Part shown: positions 9,468 to 18,350 of the stretch, piece by piece
Layout: each line of letters starts with the position of its first letter
Numbering within the stretch: the stretch's first letter is position 1
Assembly: GCA_016748015.1 (NCBI GenBank)
Contig: JAAOMT010000479.1
Span: 461,824-525,823, forward strand
DNA length: 64,000 bases
Direction of reading: 5' to 3'
DNA from: Geosiphon pyriformis uo1
Taxonomy: Eukaryota; Fungi; Glomeromycota
Program-made: the position numbers and the translations under genes
The notes under the pieces: model-generated
The model's database searches: none
The model's input: only the letters and a program-made list of their open reading frames with translations
Told to the model about the DNA's origin: nothing

Positions 9468-12049
9468 ATAGAAACAACACAGCAAAAACAAATTCAAAGT
9501 GGTGACTATACCAGATACAACAACTCTAGAGTATTACCAGTCAATTTACACCCACTGCAAGCAAAGATTCAACATTCCAGACGGAATTGAAGTTGTCAAG
9601 AAATCAATATACCAATACATTAAAAACCACATCAACAATTATCTTTTTGGAAATTACAATATCTCAGAAGTTAGAAGCAATCTTTACAATAATTTAGCAC
9701 ACTATTCACAGTTGGGAACTGAAGATCTTAACAGTGAAACACTTGCCACTTACTTTCAAGAACTTAATTTTAACATTATCAAGTACTGTGAAGAAACATA
9801 TCCAGTGCAGTCTTAATACTCTATTGATTTTGAATCGAAAACAGAAACAAGCAACAAAGGCAAACACAAATTGAAACAATACTCAAAAACCACCCCAAAT
9901 ACTCCAATACTACCAAAAACAACTGCCAAACACTTACAAACACCTGAACAAGGAACCAGTTCAAAACTCTCACTCACTATTACACCTTTTCCAGCTTCAC
10001 TTGCACAAACACAAACACCTAATTCACTCTTGAATCGATTTGCAAGACCAGAAGATTTTACATCACTCAGAAGTCCCACCAGACAGCAAGAACCCCTTCA
10101 AACTAGTTCCAATTTTCTTGATTTTCTAGCTGAAAATCAAAGTGAACACTTTGAGACAGCAGTAAACGAAAAAAATGACTCTGAAATAACTGAAGAAGAA
10201 TCAATAGACAGTGAAAATAAAGAAGATGAAATGACAGCATACATCACAAAAATTCCTGAATTTAATGGAGAAGACATTGAGACCAGTCCCCAAGAATGGC
10301 TCGACCAAGTTACTAAAGCTGGAGATGCAAATGGATGGAATGCTGCCAGAATGTTAAAAACAATTCCCTACTTTCTCAAAGGAACAGCAGGAGAATGGTT
10401 TGAAAACTTGGCCACTCCATTCAATGATTGGGATGCTTTCAAAGCAGCTTTTCTTGAACAGTTCACTGACAATAATACCTCCATCACTCTTCGAAATTGG
10501 TTTTGCAATATCAAACAAGAATCCTCTGAATCTGTTATGACTTATATTGGAAAATTCAACAAACTTCTCAGACAAATTCGCCAATAATTATTATTCTGAT
10601 GCCCAAATCTTGGATCAATTTATCACTGGTTTAAAAGATAAACTGATTAAAAAGGTTTGCCCACATGTCCCAGAAGATTTAAACTCTGCCATTTAGCATG
10701 CAAAGAGATATGAAATAGCCATAAAAGAAGCCAATCATACAAAACTCGTGAACTTAGCCATTGGAAAGACCAGCTCAGCGGCTGAAGAGAAAATTGACCA
10801 ACTCACAAAGAAAGTCAAAAACTATTTCACCAACCAACAACAACAGCAACCCCAAAGATATTAACCACCCCAAAGACAAAATTAAAATAACTTTGTACCA
10901 CTTTCTAATAACCAGCCTCAGAATTGCCATTATTGTGGAATCTCTGGCCACTGAAAAAAAGATTACAGAAAGCTACAACAAGACCAACAAAATAAGAGTA
11001 ATCAACATTACCCTCCACCACAGCAATCTTATTATCAACCACCACCAGCTTACTATCCACCAAGACCCCAATACCAAAGTAACTATTATCAGCCCACCCC
11101 ACAGCCAATCCAACAACACTACCAACAACCACCCACACAACATTATCAAGTACCTGCTCAAAGACTGATTACACAAAATCAATTCACACCACAAAACTGA
11201 TACCAAGTAAACAATAATAGAATCAGTTCAAACAACCAATTGGTTCCCCGAAATTCCACTCAACCAAAACCCAACCACTATTACACTCAACCCAGTTATT
11301 TAACAATGCCAGAAGAACAAAATTTTCATCATACTGTACCCTTGGAAGATAGAGCTACAGCACAACAACAAAATTTTTCTTATAACCACATCACTATTCC
11401 ACCAGCCAGAATTGCTGAAAACACTAATCTTTCTGATATATTCCCTTTTAAATTTGAAGCAAATGAATTATCATTCTTGCTTAGCAGTGTAGCGGCTAAT
11501 GATCAAAAAGCCATTACTGCAATATATATAGAAGTTGAAACAGAAGGAAAGCCAATTCACTTAATTCTAGATAGTGGATCCACTGGAAGCATTATTACCT
11601 ACCAGTTGATGCAACAGTTAAAGAGAAATGTTGACTGACCAGCTCAGACAGTAATCATTACTGCTAATGGCATGAAAAAGACTCCAGTAGGAAAAATTGA
11701 CAATTTTCCATTCACTCTTGATGGAATTACCATTCCAGTCAAAGTTCTTGTAATAGATGCTCTCCAGTATCAAGCCCTTGTTGGAAACTATTGGCTCCAA
11801 AAAGCCAATGCAAAATTAGACTGGGAAACCCAAGAACTACAAATCTCTTACCAAGAACAACATGTCCGAATATCTGCCACTTGTGGTACATTCAACAAAT
11901 GCTCCGAAAAAGCCCCAGCTTTTGAATTCAAACCAGAAGAAGAAAAACCAATAATTGAAACATTTATGGCTCTTGGATCAACGTCCAATTGGGCCAATAA
12001 AACTGAACAAAAACATTTTACCCCACACTCTGAACCCAAAACTCCTGGA

Positions 12050-12730
12050 TGAAATATCCCTTACTCAAAGCCTAAACCAAAGAAACAACATTCCTATATT
12101 TCTCTTAAATGTAAGGACTACAACAAGAAACTCTCATCAATGGGAGCCTGCATTTCACTTGAAGAAGAATATGAAAATCATACTTGTTACTATTGCAAGG
12201 CTTGTCACAAAGAACAATAGGGCTATTTAATAAAAAGAAGTGGAAAATGGGACAACACCCCTTGTTTGACTTGTGGAGATATGCTACCAGAAGAATGCAA
12301 TTGGATTGATGTAGCAATGAGAGGAGGAGTCTGTAATCAAATCTGCCAAAATGCTTTATCAATTTCAGAAAAAGTCAAAAGATGAACACCCTTTAATGCA
12401 GCATACAACAGTGCTCTCAACAAACTGTACTATTATCCTTATGATGCCGAAATAATTTTCAATCTAGCAATGGCTTTAATCAATAAAGCCATTCAAGAAA
12501 ATGTTTGTCAAATGAAAGAATCAGAATACATTGCATACACCTTTGAAATCGCTGGATACAACTACGAAGATGAAGTATAAGTATATCACCAAATTGCCAG
12601 TCACACTTATCCGACCAAAGAAGCTCAAGCTCAATGGCTAGAGCAAATGAACATTAAATTGTGTGAAGAATACATAATGCTCTGCAATGAGCAATGGTGC
12701 CCTAAATGCTATGCTCTTAGTATTCCCCTG
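12050..12730 (+). other. Cys-rich putative Zn-binding domain between protease and dUTPase (decayed)
   Basis: In-frame translation: CKDYNKK..ACIS..CYYCKAC..KWDNTPCLTCG..EC..GVCNQIC......LCEEYIMLCNEQWCPKC. Homologs are present in Gypsy-2 and Gypsy-3. Confidence 0.7.
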
Positions 12731-12849
12731 CCCAGTGAAAATGATGAAAACAAAATTGAATTTGAAGAACCTGAAGCAACAGAAGAAATTGAAACAACAC
12801 CTATCTATCTTATCAAAAGTCAGTCTGTCTTACAACTCAAATACTTTAA

Positions 12850-13266
12850 CAACAATGGACAAGGAATAAAACCCGAAAAAGCACATGAAATTGATGCTGG
12901 ATATAATCTAAGATATCCAGACAAGGATACTTTTGTTCTCAAATCCAAATCTCTCACAAAAATCAACCTCAAAATTGCACTCAAAATCTCGCCAGGAGCA
13001 ATAGTTTAAATCGCCTTTCAGTCCTCTCTGGCAAGCAAAGGAATCAATGTCAGAGGAGGAATAATCAATGCTGGATATACTGGAGACATTACAGTGATGC
13101 TTCAAAATGAAATTAACAAACCATTCAAGATTGACCATGCTGAAAAAATTGCCCAAGCTATTTACCTATCCCTAATCAACATTTTGAGTTTGCAACTAGT
13201 CAATCAAAGAGAACAATTAAGAAAAAGTGATAGAAGAACCCAAGGTTTTGGTTCAACTGGACGATT
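12850..13266 (+). pseudogene. dUTPase domain within pol
   Basis: All five trimeric dUTPase motifs in order: DAGYNL, SSLA, GIINAGYTG, KIAQAI, RRTQGFGSTG. The D>N changes are explicable by G>A. Confidence 0.93.
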
Positions 13267-15154
13267 CACAATTCCAGTTAATATAGCTCTTAACACACAG
13301 AACAAATCCCACCAGATTCTCAGACTTCCACAACCAATTACCATCTCACTCTTTGGAAAACATCCAGAAATCTACATCTGTCCAAAGCCAACAACCACAT
13401 AACAAATTTTTGAGTTCAATGAACAAGTTTGCTTGGAACATAATATTTCGATCCCAAACATTTATATTTCAGAAGGAACAAAAAAAGTCCGAGTTACTTT
13501 TTACAATCCCAACAATTACCCCATAGTTCTATTAAATAACTTAGAAATTGGAGTCATTCACAGTAACATCTTTTAACAAGAACTACTCCAGACAGTTTCC
13601 AATTTTTCAGAAATTATTGGACATTCACTACCAAAAATCAACCCAAACCCTAGTTCTGAAAACTACTATGTTGTCATGGAAAAACTATCTCGAATCAACA
13701 TGGGACAACTTGAACCACAACAATAGAGCCAGCTCAAAGAACTAATTGTAGAATTTGCCGATATCTTTGCTGAAAACAACAATGACTTAGGAAGAACCAA
13801 TTTGGTCCAACACCAAATTTATACAGGAGATGCCAAACCAAGAAGACAAAAAGCATATCAAGTTGCTCCAGAAAGCCACCAATTCATCCAAGAAGAAGTA
13901 CAACAAATGCTTAACAATGGGCTCATCCAACCCTTCATGAGTCCTTGGGCTTTACTTATAGTGCTAGTTAAAAAAAAAAATGGAAAGATACGATTTTGTG
14001 TTGACTATTGACAACTTAACAGTATTACAATTGGAGATGCCTACCCCTTTCTCTGAATTGATGACATGTTAGATGCCCTTGAAAAATCCAAATACTTTTC
14101 AACACTAGATTTAGAAAGTGGTTACTGGCAAGTTGCTATGGATCCCAAAGATTGCCTCAAAACAGCATTCACCACCCAAGGTAGAAATTATGAGTTCAAT
14201 GTAATGCCTTTCAGATTATGCAATGCACCAGCAACATTTCAGAGATTAATGAATGTTGTGTACCAAAGACTCCTTTGGAAGTCAGTAGTCGTTTATCTTG
14301 ATGATACTGATGTTTATTCTCCATCGTTCAAATTACATTTAAAACATCTGCGAGAAGTTTTTCAATGATTACAAAAAGCAGGACTAAAACTCAACATCGA
14401 AAAATGCTACTTTGGAAAAACAAGCTTGGCCTTCCTTGGTCATATTGTTAGTAAAGATGGAATCAAACCAGACCTTAAAAAAATCAGCGCTGTTAAAAAC
14501 TTCAAAACTTCTCAAAACACTACAGAACTAAGAGGATTCATAGGGTTAGCCTCTTACTATTGGAAGTTTATCAAGAGATTCTCAAAAATCACAAAACCTC
14601 TCAACCAGCTTACCACCAAAAACGTTAAATACAAATGGACTGCTGAATGCCAAAATGCATTTGAAATCCTCAAAGAAAAACTAATGACAGCTCCAATTCT
14701 CACCTATCCAGATTTCAGCAACCGATTCCAATTAGCAACAGATGCCTCTTATACTGCCTTTGGTGCTATTCTATCACAATTGGATGACAATAAAAATGAG
14801 CAGGTAATTGCTTATGCTAGCAGAACATTAAAACCAGCTGAAAAAAATTATTCTGCCACTGAATTGAAAACAGCAGCTGTAATTTGGGCCCTACATTATT
14901 TCAACCTTTATTTTCGGCCAAAAGAATTTGATATTATCACTGATAATATTGGACTCAAATAGCTTCAGAACAAAAATACTTAGCTGAATGCAAAACAAAC
15001 TCAATGGACAGGATTTCTAGCAAACTATTAATACATAGTACATCACAAACCAGGAAAACTCTACACCAATGTTGACTGTCTCTCCAGAATAAGACAAGAT
15101 TAGAAAACACAAAAACCAATACTTAACTTAACCAACCAAAACAGCCAACAAACA

Positions 15155-16540
15155 ATGAATTCGGAAAACTACAACAATCTTAAACAATATTTGGAAACAT
15201 TAACAATCCCAACAGATTGGTCGCCAGATGAAAAACATCAACTACAACAACAAGCCAAACAATATTTTTTACACAACAACATTATTTATCATCAAAATTT
15301 CAAAAACCCAGACAAACCACTCAGATTAATACAAGAACAAGAAAAAGAGACTATATTATACAACATGCACTCAGATCTTTCATCAGCACACTTTGGAAAA
15401 AACAGTACCACCCAAAGAACACTAGAATACTACTTTTGGCCTTGAATGAGAAAAGACATTTACGAATATGTCAAATCTTGTGATAGTTGTCAAAGAAAAG
15501 GAGGAACACGCCCTACTGAACCATTAAATCCAATTAAAGTTGGACAGCCTTTTGACCGAGTTGGTATCAATTTAGTCAGACCATTATCTATCACTATTCA
15601 AGGAAACTATTATATTGCAGTAGCTGTAGACTATCTTACTAAATGGCCTAAAGCCAGAGCCATTCAATGAGTAAATGTGAAATTAGTAGCAAATTTCATC
15701 TATGAAAACATCATTTGTAGACATGGATGTTCAATTGAACTTTTATCTGATTAGGGAACACACTTTGTGAACAACCTGATACAAGAAATTTGTGAATGAT
15801 TCAATGTCAAAAAATCTCTGTCTTCACCCTATCATCCACAAACAAATGGGCTTGTAGAATATTTTAACAGAATATTGTGCGAGTCATTAGCCAAAGTCTC
15901 AACCAATTTTGAGCAAGAGTGGGATATCTTTATTCCATCAGTGTTACTAGTATACAGAACACTAAAACAAGATACCACAAAACACACACCATTTGATTTA
16001 ACTTATGAAAGGACAGTAATATTACCAATTAGTTTCATAGTAGAAACATACCCAGCACAACCAATCAATGAAAACAATTTTCAGGAAATGCTTCAACGAA
16101 GAGCCTACATGCTTCTCAGCATATTGGAAAGAAAATGACAAATAGCGGCCACCCATATTAAACACTCCCAAACTCAACAAAAAAAACAGCATGACAACAA
16201 ATTGCCTCCAGTTACCAATGATTTTAAAGTTGGAAACAAAGTTCTCCTACACAAAACTAAAGCTGAAAAACAATGGAGTGGAAAATTTGAAAATAAATGG
16301 GATGAACCATTCTTTATCCATGAAATACTAGGCAATGAATCATACAAGTTAAGACTTAATAACAAAATCCTAGCAAAAGTTGCACATGGAGATTGTTTAA
16401 AACACTATCATTTCAGAAACAATTCTGAACCATTAATTCCATAAATTGGTACACATTCACCTTTAGTCAATCCCGAAGATATTCCCCGAAACATAGAACC
16501 AATAGTTGTTATTGAACAACCTTCCAACTTGAACACTTAA
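15155..16540 (+). pseudogene. Gypsy-1 integrase (HHCC, DDE, GPY/F-like module, EPIVVIE tail), apparently its own ORF
   Basis: MHSDLSSAHFG..YFWP..CDSCQR; PFDRVGINL; VDYLTKWP; SD.GTHF; YHPQTNGLVE; GKFENKWDEPF. ATG at 15155 follows TAG at 15101; natural-looking stop at 16538-16540. No chromodomain seen. Confidence 0.9.
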
Positions 16541-16679
16541 TTTAATTTTACTAGTTATTCCCTTATAATTTAAAAATAATTTCACAAAAACAAAACAAAA
16601 CACACTGAAAGACAAAATAACATAAAAACCCACATACCAAAAATAATTTCAATCTATCTTTCTCACTCAAATTTTTATA

Positions 16680-17399
16680 ATGACTATCCCTTAAAATATT
16701 CAACAAATATCTTAAAAATTAATGCTAGCTCTAAAGACAATACCCGAATTATCTATTACTGTTACTGGAAACCATATTAATTATACCCAAACAGAAGTAG
16801 TTACAAATTTAGTCCCAAATTCACGAAAATATTACCCACATAAGAAGAACACAAGAAGTTATTCTGGAATTCACCTACCAGAACTTTTGAAGCTTGCTTT
16901 AAGAGAAAACTTATTGCTCATCCCTATTAGTATTCTACCAAATGCTACTATTCAACAAAAACTTCAACTGTGCCTTAATAAAGAAAACAGCAAATACCCC
17001 CCAATATATAGATATTTCTACATTAGAAAAACACTTTACGAACAAAAACTGGAGCTTACAGCAGCAAACCTCACAAAAAAAGCTATCCAAAAACAACTCT
17101 ACAATAAATTTAAGACAACAGCTGGACCTACAAACAGTCATTATAAATTAAGAGCAGCTCTTAGACTTTACGACTTATTCCACATCTGTGAAAACGTCCT
17201 ACAAAACCCAATTTTACAACCTTTGAAGATTCAATACATTGGAAAGCTCACAAAACTGAAATTTCAACAATTTTCAGACCAAATTTCTTCAATAATTTTG
17301 GATTATTATCTGGAAATTACAAACAGTACTTGGACTTCGATGGAGCTCAGTCTTAAGGAGGAAGTTATGTTACCAGACAAAATTAGAGACATTATTTAG
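16680..17399 (+). CDS. Gypsy-1 ORF3, unknown basic helical protein (not Env-like), overlapping the PPT and 3' LTR
   Basis: 225 open codons at 16722..17399. An upstream in-frame ATG at 16680 is separated by two probable CAA>TAA stops. No signal peptide or TM segment. Decayed homologs occupy the same position in Gypsy-2 and Gypsy-3. Confidence 0.65.
17355..17364 (+). promoter_or_regulatory. Polypurine tract of Gypsy-1
   Basis: AAGGAGGAAG ending 3 nt before the 3' LTR, preceded by GGAGCTCA. A similar context is seen in Gypsy-2. Confidence 0.85.
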
Positions 17400-18346
17400 C
17401 ATAAAATTATCTTTATAATTCCCATCATTAATTAACATATATTATCGTTTCAAATTATTACTTATTATATTAGCAAAATATCTGAAATTATTATTTAATT
17501 AATAACCCAATTTGTATAAACACAAATGTAACCTAATTGCAATGATTAATCATGCAATACCCCGAACTATGTAACATTCAAAAAGTTTGCCGAAATTTGT
17601 AGAAATTCGCCGAAATAATTGATAGTTCACTGAAATATCTAATAGTTCGTAGAAATAACTTGTAGTTCGCCAAAATGTATCCTTAGTTCAGCGAAATTGT
17701 AGAAAATAGCAAAGTTCAAGTTCATAGAATAGTGTTACAACAAGTTGTATAAAAGAAAAGCTTCTCTCTTCGAGAAAATATATCTTACTTCAGATTTAAC
17801 AATTAGAATTATTCTTTATACACAAAAGACAAAATAAATATCAAATAAATTCGAAAAACCAAATTTTTAATTACTTTCCTTGAAATTAACCAATTCCTAC
17901 TAACAGTTTGAAATTGACTAGCTACCAATTTTAGTAAACTGTTAGTGACTCCAGGCCTGGATAGAAAACATTTCCCTTGACAGAATTCTATTTCTTTTAC
18001 ATTTTCTTTTATTTTTCTTTTATTTTCTTAGTACAGTCATTAGGGTAGTCTACAGACAAGATTCCTGTAGAAGAGTTGACTTTCACAGCAAAGTAACTAC
18101 ACATATTTTGTGAGCTTCCAGATGAGCAATTCCTGGGAAAGAGTTGACGTTTACTACAATGTAACTACATAAAGTAACTGGCATAGAATTGGCCATTCCA
18201 CTTATAAGCCCAGCAGTTCAAATTATAGAAAATAATTTGAAGATAAATTCAGTTACTGGAGGTTCAACCACATCCAGAAAACGTGAATTCACAACAAACA
18301 GGCATCAACAACATTTAAGAAAAGAGACCAAAAACCTTCGGTAACA
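17368..18346 (+). repeat. Gypsy-1 3' LTR
   Basis: Direct repeat of 8474-9453. Confidence 0.97.
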
Positions 18347-18350
18347 CTGG

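Larger units (their letters stand above)
9472..15103 (+). pseudogene. Gypsy-1 gag-pol: N-terminal extension, capsid, CCHC knuckle, aspartic protease, Cys-rich domain, dUTPase, RT, RNase H
   Basis: Capsid (SPQEWL, FLKGTAGEWF, IKQESSESV); knuckle CHYCGISGH ~10925; protease LILDSGS ~11560; RT (SPW-like, RFCVDY, LDLESGYWQ, MPFRLCNAP, VYLDD ~14293); RH (TDASY, YASRTL, NYSATEL, ITDN). One small-deletion frameshift at ~10587, then a single frame with many transition-derived stops. Confidence 0.92.
8474..18346 (+). mobile_element. Gypsy-1: complete Ty3/Gypsy LTR retrotransposon (~9.9 kb) with dUTPase and an extra 3' ORF
   Basis: Two ~980-bp LTRs with TGTTACC...GGTAACA termini, PBS, PPT, and PR-RT-RH-IN order. 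4-bp TSD CTGA (8470-8473) / CTGG (18347-18350). Excising it restores LINE RT K-S-L-V-R-I-K-M-C. Confidence 0.97.

Noticed and set aside
9140-9471. ORF starting inside the LTR (ATG 9229) in frame with gag
   Set aside because: Several in-frame stops are shared between LTR copies, and the solo LTR has ACG at this position.
10575-10600. Programmed gag-pol frameshift
   Set aside because: The shift lies inside the capsid domain with no slippery heptamer; it looks like a small deletion.
9472-16540. Frequent in-frame stops as an alternative genetic code or programmed readthrough
   Set aside because: All three stop types occur at Gln/Arg/Trp positions and differ between copies; the host genes use the standard code.
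16722-17399. ORF3 as an envelope gene
   Set aside because: No signal peptide, TM anchor or furin-site/fusion-peptide pattern.
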